A DNA stretch of 63,719 bases, filler included, from Collodictyon triciliatum (taxonomy: Eukaryota): NCBI GenBank assembly GCA_043381765.1. It is 6 parts of 6 records of this genome, joined end to end, with 100 filler letters (N's around TTAATTAATTAA, not from the genome) between each part and the next. Parts side by side here need not be neighbours in the genome. Positions count along the whole stretch, not along the records: positions 1 to 19,240 come from JBHJMP010001143.1; 5 more parts are not named here. One strand, given 5' to 3'. Numbering within the stretch: position 1 is the first letter of the stretch; the number at the start of each line of letters is the position of its first letter. Shown in pieces: positions 1 to 11,744 of this stretch. The translations under genes and the position numbers were made by a program. A model generated the notes under the pieces. That model worked only from the letters and a program-made list of their open reading frames with translations. It was not told where the DNA came from and did not search any database.

Positions 1-466
1 CAAGAACTTTCGGTTGGTTGCGGTAGTCTTTCTTGGAGTTATCGTGCGAACAGTCCACCATCAGCCTCGGCTGCAGTCCCACTTTCACAAGCTCTGCAAC
101 AGATGAATCCACAAACGCCATCTCGTAGTTGGTTCCCTGTGTGGAGCCTCGCAGGATAACGTGGCAGTACTTATTGCCCTGAGTGTATCACAGAGGTTAA
201 TCGAGTGGATGCAGAAAGCGGGGAGACGAGTGCTTCAGCTTAGACGACTCTGCGATTATTGCGATTCATGCGGGAGTCCGAAGATGAGTCCACAGTCTTT
301 TGGGGATAAATGGGTTGTTTCGCCGCAGTTGAGATATGATTCCAAATTTATTTATATGTATTTTTAATATGCATATAAAGGCTCTGTACTTTTATCCTCA
401 CGATTGCGCACAGTCCCTGCTTTGTGACACCAGCAGGTTATCGGTGCTTGTGTTTTGTAACCCAAT
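1..466 (-). pseudogene. Type I-alpha DAHP synthase (ARO3/ARO4, AroF/G-like) fragment, 5'-truncated and frameshifted
   Basis: Exon 178-1 reads GNKYCHVILRGSTQGTNYEMAFVDSSVAELVKVGLQPRLMVDCSHDNSKKDYRNQPKVL, matching the ARO4 motifs GNxxCxVILRGG..GTNY and MIDxSHGNSxKDxRNQPKV. Exon 466-390 reads IGLQNTSTDNL then, after a frame change, GVTKQGLCAIVRIK. Only about 100 bp separate it from the ASCC1 stop. Confidence 0.8.
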
Positions 467-569
467 CTACGTAAATGTGGATGTAGGATGCAGACGGAGG
501 GAATCGCACAAACACTCAGGTATGGACGGCGAGAACATGTCGTTCTTTGCAGTTTATTCAGCTCATCAA

Positions 570-3287
570 TCAACTAAATTTGCACTTTGTGACTATTTCG
601 AAGTCTCCACGCTTGGCGAGAACCATTTCCTGGAGGGACATCGAACCAAAGTAATGGTCGCTGAACTTATCGAGGATAGGACGAGCATCGAAGGGCGTTC
701 GTTCGTTTCTTTGGAGTGTAGAAGCAGAAGTTAGGTGATGATATCTTGTGCACACACGTCTCATAAATAAATTCAGTATGTACCCATCTCGCGCTCTGTA
801 TAGGCTGTTCAAAATGGTCGCATGAATCTGGATTTTGGGAATAACAAAGTTTTGTTTACAAATGAGGAAGATAATTAATAACTTAGAATGGTAAACTATT
901 CTTTCGTTTTCTCCTTTTTTCTCCTTTTTTTCGGTTCTTCATAAAGTCACCAACTTTCAACTCTTTTTCATCGACGTACAGGCTTGCCTCCTTGAAGAGC
1001 TTGATTGTTTCATCTCAATATGTTAACCAACCAGAGAGCGTAACGGCGCATCATCGAGGAAAAAGTGTGTGAGAATCTGAGTTAGCAAAATTGGCCAACC
1101 CCCGTTTGACTCACGATTCATTTTACAGTCATTGTTCTTTGGAAGAAATAAATACCGCATATTTTCTTCAAGACCCTTTTTTCACTCATGTCTGTCACTT
1201 GCGCATAAAGCACATCGACATTACTCGGGTCATCATTCATGTATTCCAATCCCTTCAAATGTTAGGCAGTAATTTCTTTTTGTTAAACTAGTTACAGCAA
1301 CAAACCAGGCACGCTCAAATTCCTGATAAGAGGGTGATAAGTCATTTACACGGTGCTTACTTTTAGAAGAATTCGCGGAGGGTCTCTTCCTATGATAGAA
1401 GGTAGATATCCTTGCAGATTCCGCATCACAACAGAAGCTTTCTGGTATGCGTTATTAATTTCAAAGTGCAATTCATCTGAAAGAGTTGGTGTGCATGTGC
1501 GTTCAAGCTATGTCCGGTGTGATTGTGCTTTAATGTGATATTCAACACCAAATCAAATAGCAGAGGAAGACGTACTTGGACATCGTCGTCACTAAAGAGC
1601 TTAAGTATCGTTACTGTGATGTGTAAGTGCTCAGTGTCCAGAAATAACGAACGGTCAACTCCCCTTGCATCCCGGCAAGTTTTCCAGATATCATCGTAAA
1701 GTTTTCTCTTAGGGAATATAGAGCATCGGATGACAATATAAAGGTTTGAATGATAATAAATGTTAAATGGAATTTCATCGGTCTAGTTCTCATTACCACT
1801 GCATTGTGAAAAAAAAAAATGAGTCCAAGAAACAGGCTTTTTCCGGACAAAAGGTTTTTTGTACTAGTAGGATTCCTTACAGTATTCTCTTGTATTTCTC
1901 CTCCCGATATCGGTATGGAAACAAAATGTGTCACTGGAGAAGATGAAATTCCCTTTAATTTAAAATTTTATTAACTATCCTCTGTCAAATGCACACACGC
2001 TCTTTCTTTCTTGGACACTTTCATGACACACTATGTGATGTCTTTTTTTTTTTTTTTGTTTCTTTCTGGAATGACAGAGAACATCTATCGCATAGTGTTA
2101 CTGGGAAAAACACCACCGTGGTTGGTACCTTTTGAATGAGCAAATCGATTCTTGTCTGGGCTGAAAGGGCAATATCCTCGCTGGGTGCTTTGATAACTAT
2201 ACAGTAGTATTTCGTTAAAGGATTCTCTGACGGTAAGTCCATGACAAACATCGAATCACGTGCATACAACCATTAGACACGAGCAGCACCTCTAATATAC
2301 TTCAAAAAATTGTGTGATTGTGTATGCACCTATTGGACACAATCCCGCTTTGTCCGCTTTTCCGATTGTTATAGTTGAGTTTGTCTCTGACTGTATAGTT
2401 TTAATCGTGGCTCCGCTTTGCCCAACAACAAATTTCACTAGGGCCTGCAAAGATTGAATTGAGAGGTAAAGTATGAAGGCAAATTATCTCTTCCTGTGAG
2501 TGGCTTACAAAAATGTGCGCACTAGATGGAATATCTTGTTCATTTAAAGAGAAAAGCTCAACTCCACTTCATTTACGAGTTTCAAATATGAGCATGATTC
2601 TTCTCCTGTACACATACCTGACCGATGTTCATGCGGAGGGTGAAGGTCGATAACGAGCAAGACGCTAGTCCTTCCTATTGCATATGAAAGGCTTCGTACA
2701 AGGACTCATGATAAAGTTATAACCAAATAAGTTTTAATCAAGCAAGTGAATATATTTATGATGTGTCTGGCTCGGCGTGGAAGTCAAAATAAGAAACAAA
2801 TATCAAGTATGTTGATGGGAAATTATAACAAAGTGTTTGATTGATTGGTGGGGAATTTTTGTACTAGAGATGAGCCAATTAAATGATAAATAAATAGATT
2901 AAAATGATGAATGAGGAGAGGGAAAGTATCGTAAGTAGGAGAGGTTACAAACGAAAAAAAACAATGAATTGTTTGATAAACCCCGATGCGGGACTCTGGA
3001 GAGTATGCAGAAAAAAAAAACAAACGTCCTCATAGATGTCGTGGACATAAACACCTTCGCTGCTTTGGCTCCTGCATGGCTGCTTCTGATCTATATTTGC
3101 GAGGATACCATATTGCCAAAGTCCGAGTCCCGAAACATGCTGATTTCATAACCTCCACATCATATACGTATTATTTGTTATAAAAAAAAAAATTGAAAAA
3201 AAAAAAGTTAGAAAGTAGCAAACCTGCAGCGGTCAAACACACTTTGCGATACGTTCGCTTCCCAACGTTGATCAACTGGACCTCCAT
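570..3287 (-). CDS. ASCC1: Activating signal cointegrator 1 complex subunit 1 (KH + 2H-phosphoesterase), multi-exon
   Basis: Spliced exons: MEVQLINVGKRTYRK; KH GxxG loop FVVGQSGATIKTIQSET; THFVSIP; HxT motifs HITVTILKLFSDDDV and HATILNSLYR; GLEYMNDDPSNVDVLYAQV; RTPFDARPILDKFSDHYFG; TGA stop at 572-570. Confidence 0.93.
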
Positions 3288-3687
3288 CAAAGTTCACCTT
3301 CTCGATATTCCTAACCCAAGTCGCAAACATAAATTAAAGCAAGAAAAAGTAAAAAGAAAAAGAAAAAAAAGTAAAAAAAAAAGTTGACGAAGCAATAAGA
3401 AAAAATAAACGAATGAAACGAGCGCCAGTTATGATTTGAAGGGCTCCTTTGCATTTTGCAGCCAGTTCGTGGAGTCTCCGCGTTTGTTCTTGGAAATATC
3501 AATCTCGCCTTGAAAACACGGTTTTGTTGCCCCCAAGCAATGGAGTCATGCCAAAGTTCGATGCGAAAACCCTGCATATGATACATCTACCAAATAATGC
3601 ACATCCATCACCTGAGCCCATAGTAAACAAACGATTGTGCTTTGCATATAGGATAGGGATAGAAAAGAAAAGGAAGATAAGCGGGCT

Positions 3688-5556
3688 ATGAGCGTCTCTC
3701 TCGGCATTTTCGAACCCTCTTCCGATGCACCTTTCGAGCCGCCTTCAGGAGTAGAGTTTCCGAGTGTCCAACAAATGTGCGAATTTTATAACTTGCCAGC
3801 CTCATTTCCAGCTAAACAGCAAATGCATATTTGGTCGATGAGCATCGCATCTTTGGATGGAGTCATCTCAACCGCTGAACCAAATGAGAGAGGGACATCT
3901 GGCCTTGGACACGCACAATATCTTGCAAAACTTCGTGCAGATTACGCAGACCTTGCCAAAGTAACTACCGCTCACTTTTATTCATCATCTTTCCATTAAT
4001 TTGTGATTGATATGTGCATTAGTGACCTAGTAAATGAGGTCAACATCGATGCATATTTGTTAGGTGTTAAACCATTCGCCACAATAAAACATTTTCTCTT
4101 TTTTTTTATATAATTTATGTGGAATCAGCTTTTCCTTAATTTTTTTCAAGTGTGTTAATATCCGGATATTCACCATGTTAGTCAGAGCCACTCGAGAGTG
4201 AACCGCTGAAACGTTATGAAAGAGATATCAAAAGTATCGCATATGGTAAAAGAGCTGACTGGAGACTCCTGCAAATGGGATGGGCCCAGGCTGATGCGGT
4301 ATTCCTTTTTTTCTTTTTATATTTTATTTCAATCCGGCTAGGATTGAAATATTTTCTGCAACGTTAGAGAGACAGCTCATTACATTAAATCATTTCATAA
4401 TTTCATGACTTCATACTGTTTCATAGGTTTTGGGTTCCGGCGCAATCTTGAGAGATGAGCCAAATGTAAAATGGCAACCAATTGACGAAGACTTGGTTGA
4501 ATATCGGTATAAATATATGACATTACTTCTGGGAACAACCTATCGATAAAAGAAAAAAAGCACTAACACAGGTCTAATTTAAAAAAAATGACTTTCTACG
4601 GTGAATCATTTAAATTCTGGTCATATGCAAAGACTCATATATCCTATGAATGACGGAATCAATAGAAAAGAAATCAAACAGTCAGACTGGAGGGGTCCAA
4701 TTCATGTTGTTCTCACCTCCTCCGGAGATATTGATATCAACCACCCCATGATAGTAGATTCCGAAGTCCGAGTTTATTTGCTGACAACATCAAAAGGTGC
4801 TACGTTTTTTCTATTCATTTATTATTTCTCGAAATCTTGCTAATTTATTTTTCTATTGAGTGATGAGAAATTCCTATTGGATTTATACACAGGATTGGAT
4901 AAAATTACTGTAAGGTCAAAGGAATCTGGAGTTGATCTGAAAATGCTTGAAAGTGAAAAGCACACTTATGTTGTCAATCTCCAAAAAAGCGAAAATGTAA
5001 GAAACTATACACCACGGTAAATTAAAAAATATTTAAAATTCGACAGCATAATTTTTAAAAAAATATTTTAATTACTGATGGATACATGAATACCTAGAGC
5101 GAGCACATTGATATGCGAGATGTGGTTGTGTACCTTGCCGATGAATTAAATGTCAAGTATCTGGATGTGACTGCGGGCGGACTGGTCATTGGGAAGCTGA
5201 TAGAGTGCGGACTCTTGAATGAGATCCGATTAACTCTTTCGACACAGGCATTAATTTGATTATCAGCACACACACAAATCTTTTCCATTTGTTTTCATAT
5301 TTTTTTTCTCTGCTCATTTTTCATCGTGCAATACCACCAACATCTGAAATTGGTGACGAAAAGAAAAATAATGTCTCTTTGAATTCAATCGCAGCTCCTG
5401 GGCCAAACTAACTCGACCGATGACCTACGTCCAACATGGTTTTCTGGGCTCGCTGGATTCAGTCGGCAATCTTTCGCCCCACCCACATTTGCAATGGCTG
5501 GACTGAGGATGCTCTGCTCGCACCTTGTGAACCTTCGCATGCTAAAATCACAATAA
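3688..5556 (+). CDS. RibD C-terminal domain (DHFR-fold reductase) protein, multi-exon
   Basis: Motifs WSMSIASLDG, ADWRLLQMGWAQADAVLGSGAILRDEP, HVVLTSSGDID and VKYLDVTAGGLVIGKLIECGLLNEIRLTLS; TAA at 5554-5556. Head-to-head with ASCC1, 400 bp apart. Confidence 0.82.
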
Positions 5557-6037
5557 ATCTGAAACATATACTCCAGAATAGGATACGCGACTTTCAACCT
5601 GCCACTTTCAGTTATTTAGATGTGGAATTTAAATTTCTATCTCTATATTGGCTCCATTCTATAGTAAAGCTGTTTTATATTTAGCAAATTTCAGTAAATT
5701 ATATAATAATATTACGTTTATATGTGTTAAGTGTGCTTTGATTTAGTGTTTTTGTGTCGATCCTCTCATAGAACGCGTTTTTGACACTTTGATCGGACGA
5801 TGTAATCACATTCAGTTTCCTTGTTTGCGTCACAATCTCATGATCCACAAGCCCGCACGTTGCCACGGGTGAAAAAGGACGCAAGAAACTCTTTTGTTTC
5901 TTCCCAGGCAAAGACATATGCAACTAAACGTCTTTTCATCACACAATAATCACGCTCGGCGGTTCATCGACCGTGTCCTGCAATATGTGTTCCGCTCTTC
6001 GCAGCCACTCAGCAGCCTTCTTTCTCGCATCAGCATC

Positions 6038-7451
6038 ATGAACACTCTTATGTGGTTCATCCGCCTGACTCTGGTTCAGTTGGTTTGTCTTTCTTATATT
6101 ATGGTCATTATGTGCCCAACGGCCAGCTCGTTAAAGGCACGATACTGATTCAGCTGCGCATCTATGTGTTCATCAAATGTATGGATTGATGAATGGATGG
6201 AAAAGGAAAGGGCGTGGCCACTCTGTTTGTTGCTCTCGACTTGAAAGAGAAAAGAAAGTATGAGTATACATTTGCAGGTCGTCGCCATCTGCGGAAGCTT
6301 TGCGGCCGGTGCAATCAGCTATAATGTCGGCATCTTTGTGATGGGCATTTGGGCCATTTACTCGGACAAAGTCGATCCCATTCTGATTGTATCCAGCTGG
6401 TGAAAGAGTCCTGTGTTGTTATGAATAGTTTTCCTTCTTTTTTTTTTTTTTACTACAAAGAAAAAGAAGTTTATTTGCAGTATCGTCTTCATTTAGCATT
6501 TTGTTGGCGCTTCACCGAAGAGGGGTTTGGTCTTTGAATGGTTGCCACCGCTGGGCTTTATTTCTCTTAACTCTGCTGCAGTACCTCGTCTTTCTGTTTA
6601 TCAGCATGGTCTTCGACTGGGCCTGGTTTGGCGTCTATGCCGAAGACATTCTAGATTATCCCTACAGCACGAAGCAAAGCCGTGCATCAGAATTTTCTTT
6701 GGCGTAAGAATTACCGAGAAAAAAAAGAAAAGAAAAGAAAAGAAAAGAAAAGAAAAGAAAAGAAAAGAAAAGAAAAGAAAAGAAAAGAAAAGAAAAGAAA
6801 AGAAAAGAAAAGAAAAGAAAAGAAAAAAAACTTTGCTCAATACTTTTTAAACTCTACATTTTTAACTGGTTTCCTACGAACATAAAACAGGATGAGCATC
6901 ATCGGCAATGTCCTGAAGGTTTTTTATTTCCTGGATTTAAATGATTATCGTATTCTTTCATAATTTTGTTATCTCAATATTTCGTTCCCTATTAATGTAT
7001 GAAACCATGCAAACGTAAAAGTCTCTTGAAACCCATAGGCCGGTAGCCTGCTGCTTGGTTTCTTTGTCTTCAGAGAACGCGGAGGTGACATCAACTTCAG
7101 CAACTCAGGCAAGCATACCATTTTCGATGTGGGCCATACTTACTCAATAGATGAATTCATTTATCATTCAGCATTATTTGAAACAATTTTTCAATGTCTG
7201 TAAATCTGAGCACCAATCGCAACCACTGACACACATGAATCCTCATTTTATCTCTCAAAGGCTCTTACACCGAGCCTGCACCCGGTTTGTCCTTCATAGC
7301 GCGCAATTTTTTTTTGTCTATAATACCAATTTTTTTTATAAACCAGCATCGCTAATTATTTTTCATCGATATCATCTCTTTAATATTCCCTTTATTTATT
7401 GGGCAACCCCCCCAAACAGCAGCCGACAGCGGCAACCAGTCCTATGCTTAA
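6038..7451 (+). CDS. AGTRAP: AGTRAP-family small membrane protein, multi-exon
   Basis: Exons give YNVGIFVMGIWAIYSDKVDPILI, YLVFLFISMVFDWAWFGVY, FSLGMSIIGNVLK and PVACCLVSLSFRERGGDI, matching AGTRAP GMAILSLLLKPLSCCFVYHMYRERGG; TAA at 7449-7451. Confidence 0.85.
6722..6828. repeat. (AAAAG)n microsatellite in an AGTRAP intron
   Basis: Tandem repeat read directly. Confidence 0.97.
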
Positions 7452-8011
7452 GGAGAAAGTGGCTGCGTCGCAATCGCTGTTCTCTCTTCTCTTTACGTTC
7501 TTTTTTTATTCGGAAGAAATCGGAGACGTGTTCGTTGTGTTTTGCTGCTCGCTCGCCTCGGCTTAGCCACACTTCTTTCATCCGGTTCCTCACCATCCGT
7601 CCGAAAAGAAAGAATTATGAAATAAATGAACTCGGTTGCATTTCGTATGGCGCTCCGCTACCAAAGAGTGGCCGCTGGTTGGCGGTTAACTGCTTCTGTT
7701 TGTGTACAAAACACTTCCACAAAATAATATCACCCATTATTCTTGTGCAACCGGACTAATGAACAGACAAAGAGGTCGAAAGATTGTGTTTACAGTATTT
7801 TCCAGATATGGTATATTTGCGCGGGTATTCACACTTTTTTTTTTTTCACATTTTTTTCGCGATTGTCTTTATTTCTGCTTTCTTTTTCTTCGGCATTTTC
7901 TGCTGTAACTCTATTTCATTTCTATTTCATTTCTATTTTTCTCGAAGTTATTCATCTTTTATACTGCCCTGTGTCCTGTTTCGAGATTCAAGTTGTTTGT
8001 CTGAGACAGCC

Positions 8012-10908
8012 ATGAGTTTGTCAAAGTCACTCCAGAACGACTTGCGAGCAATCAGCACCGAGGCCCGAAGAAAAAACCCACAGATCAAGGAGGTCTCTTT
8101 GCCACACTTCTCTTTTCGCCTTACTCTTTGATTTTCGGCAGTTTTGCTTGTAAACTGTAATTGTTTTTCTTTTTCAATTTAGGAAATAATAATTAAGTTA
8201 ATAATTCAAACGCGACGCTTCTTCTCGAAATTAAATACTAATGCAACTGGAAAAAAAAAATAACAATAATAAAGGTTTCTGAAAGGGCACTTGTGAAGCT
8301 TCGAAACTTGGAGGATAAAGCGTTGGTTGATATTGCTGATGTTTCCGCAGGTGTCCTGAATTTGATATCAGAACCACTTTGATCTTCATCTACTATTATC
8401 ACATTGCCAATTACAAATATTTTTTTTGTTTGTTTATATGCCCTAACTTAATATATATGTTTTTTACTAATCCTGATTTTTTTGACTGCCTTGGTGCAGA
8501 AATATCCAAAATCGATGAAATATTCCAATCAATAATACAATCTTCCAAAACGGATAATGATAAGCTCATTTTGACTGCAATCACCGCACTGCAAAGAATC
8601 GTTTCACACTCAGCGTACTCAGAGGTTAGTATTTACCTTTTTTTTAATCCAAAAAAGAATACAAAATCATATAACAATTCAAAAAACGTTCTATTTCTTT
8701 ATCCTCACAGATTATTCCATTTACCCACTTTTTTGTTATTTAGAAACAAATACCTGACATCCACCAAATTTTGAGCGAACTAATCAACTCAGACGATGAA
8801 ACCATTCTTCTTCGCCTCCTACAAATCATCCCTTCACTTGTTAGCTCAAAATCAAGCATCCATGATTTTATGCTGTCCTCGGTAAATCTTTTGATGAATC
8901 AATGGCAGATCGGCCTCATTGTGATTTACATCGCGTGAATGCGCTGCACAGATTGTTTTGTTCCCTTTATGAATGTTCAAAATTATCAACTATAATGTCA
9001 GATATTCGGCCTTTGCTTCAAATTACATCTCAGTCGCTCTTTGACAGTCCACCATACAGCGTGCGCATCAATCAGACAGGTCGATGAATAACCATCACGC
9101 CACAAGGGCATTCAAATGCAAATCAGTTTAAATATAAGGAAATCTGTAGCTCTGATAAATCATAATCATAATAATCTTAATAATCTTAATAATCTTAATA
9201 ATCATAATAATCTTAATAATCATAATAGGTTATCACCATGATGTTTGAGCGAGTTGCAAAAATTGTTCCAGCTCAAGGTTTTTAATTGAACATATATTCA
9301 TTCCAACAAGTTTGCAGAGCTTTTTTTTTTTTAAAGCATCAAAGCCTCGGCACAACCCGGACAATAACCTGAACAATATCTCATTTAAATAAATCAATAT
9401 ATGAAGTGATAATAATCTATAATTCTGATAATCCTGATTTTACCAACTAATTTTTTTTCAAGAACTGGAGGCGTCTTCATCCCGTGTGAACGAGCATGAA
9501 AACCAGTTGAGTGTAGAGCATCCTGTTGTATGTCCCGATGTTAAAGACCTGGTTCTACTTATCAAGGTAAATATAAGGACACCATTTTCGTATAATTTAT
9601 ATTTCTTGTATGCGTTAGTTAAATTGCTAATGATATATATATATGTTGCTTTGTTTTGAAACAGGATATCTGCTTGTTGGTTAATGGTGATTCCACACTC
9701 TGGATGCAAGTTACCGCCATTTCAAGGATATTTGGACTTGAACTTATAGGTTTTTTTATATATAATATTATGCATTTTGATTACCAATAATGCATTGACT
9801 AAATTTATTTTCATTTTATTCAATTGTTAAGATTTAATGTTCTTGTAATGTCATTTCCCTCCTTTTGATCAAATCTCTTAAACTCCTATTTTGCTTGGTT
9901 GATTTTCGCTTCTCTTACTTCATCCAGAGACAATCCTGAACGAAAACCATACCATCTTTAGCAAAGTAAGATGTAAAACCAATTAATTGCAATATATCCT
10001 TCACGTGCCTTATTATAGAAAAAGTAATTTTATGGAAAGATTCGGGCGTATGATTATTTTTATTTTTGTTCCTTGTAGTACGAACACCTTAATGTCCTCT
10101 TAAGGGAGCGAATTGCACCCATCGCTGTCACATCATTTCACACTCGCTCTGATTTCCAAATTACCACGCGCATGATGAGAATATGCGGTATTTTGCTTCG
10201 GCAGTACAGTGATCTTTTGGTAGGTTTTTTAACATGTTTTAAAATTGATTTATATCTATACGCATGCCATTCCCCATCCTTTTATTATATGGAGTCTTTG
10301 AATTAGCACAAAAATGTTTATTTGAATCTTTGAAGTAATATTCTCAGTTTCGATTTCACAGAGTAATTCACTGACACGTTCCTTTTATTTAATTCGCTTG
10401 AACCACGTCCAGCCGGTTGAGTGCGGTAAAATCGTGTCCAGCATGAATCTTTATCTTAAATCAGACCATTATTCTTGGCAGAGGGCTTTGATACTAGAGA
10501 CTTTCAAGCATATTCTGGCATATCCTATTTTAATAAGGTTTTCTTCTTTATTTTTTCGAATGCTGTTGCTCAGTAGATTTATTTTACTGCAACATTTTCA
10601 TATTTTTATACCCAGCAAGTATGTATTATTTTCCCCCAAATCTATCTTTTATAGGAAAATATTTTCCGCGACTGAGACTCGACGTGATAATCCGAAGATT
10701 TTTGAGGAGTTGAATGCCTCATTTTCTCGCATGCTGCGTATGAAATATCCTGAAAATTGCGAAATATTTGCTCGTGCTTCATCCAAAGGAAAATAGTACT
10801 TTTCTCTTCTATGATTTTTTTGCTCAAAAACTGAACAAACAAAGAAACTAACAAAACAAAACAAAACAAAACAAAAAACAAAACAAAAAACAAAACAAAA
10901 AACAAAAC

Positions 10909-10939
<31 letters not shown>

Positions 10940-11334
10940 CAAAACAAAACAAAACAAAACAAAACAAAACAAAACAACAAAACAACGTAGATTTATTTTT
11001 TCTTGAAAAGTTTGGTTTCGATGTAAATTATATATATATTAAAAAAAAACATACATATTAAACTTATTTTCCACTGGTGTTATTCTCAAAAATCATGACA
11101 GCATCGAAATGCTTAACGACAGTGACCCTCCCCAAGTGCCAGATTCATACTTCGCCTCTTTATGTCTCGATTGTGTCTTGAACATAGCAGATGGGTTTTA
11201 CAACATTATCTGTCCAGATGACATCCCTACTGTCGATTTAGCCGAGCCAATCCGTGTCAAGATGGTATTTCCATTAAAAGCCATAGCAGTTTTATATCAC
11301 AAAATAAATGAAAACTTGTCTGTCATATATTTCT

Positions 11335-11395
<61 letters not shown>

Positions 11396-11709
11396 AGCTT
11401 CTGAGAAAATATAATGGATGGTTTCATCAGATTCTTGAAGAGTCTTGGGGACCCACAATGCAAAGCTTGATTTTTTCACTCGACCGTTTGAACGATGAAA
11501 AAACAATACAGGTTCGTCCAAGAAAAATATAGAGAAAGAGATTAACTCTTTTTCTCTGGAATTGAACTATCCTTTATGTTAATATATATCTAACACCATA
11601 AAATCTACAGATTCGTTCCTTTTTGAACTTCAAGCTTCTTTTTTTTTTCTTGTTGCTTTTTTTGGTTTTTCCTTTTTCCTCTTCCTTTTTCCTTTCTTCC
11701 TTTTTTATT

Positions 11710-11744
<35 letters not shown>

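Noticed and set aside
4325-4351. 11-bp hairpin TATTTCAATCC-GGCTA-GGATTGAAATA in a RibD-like gene intron
   Set aside because: A single short AT-rich stem with no riboswitch or snoRNA features.
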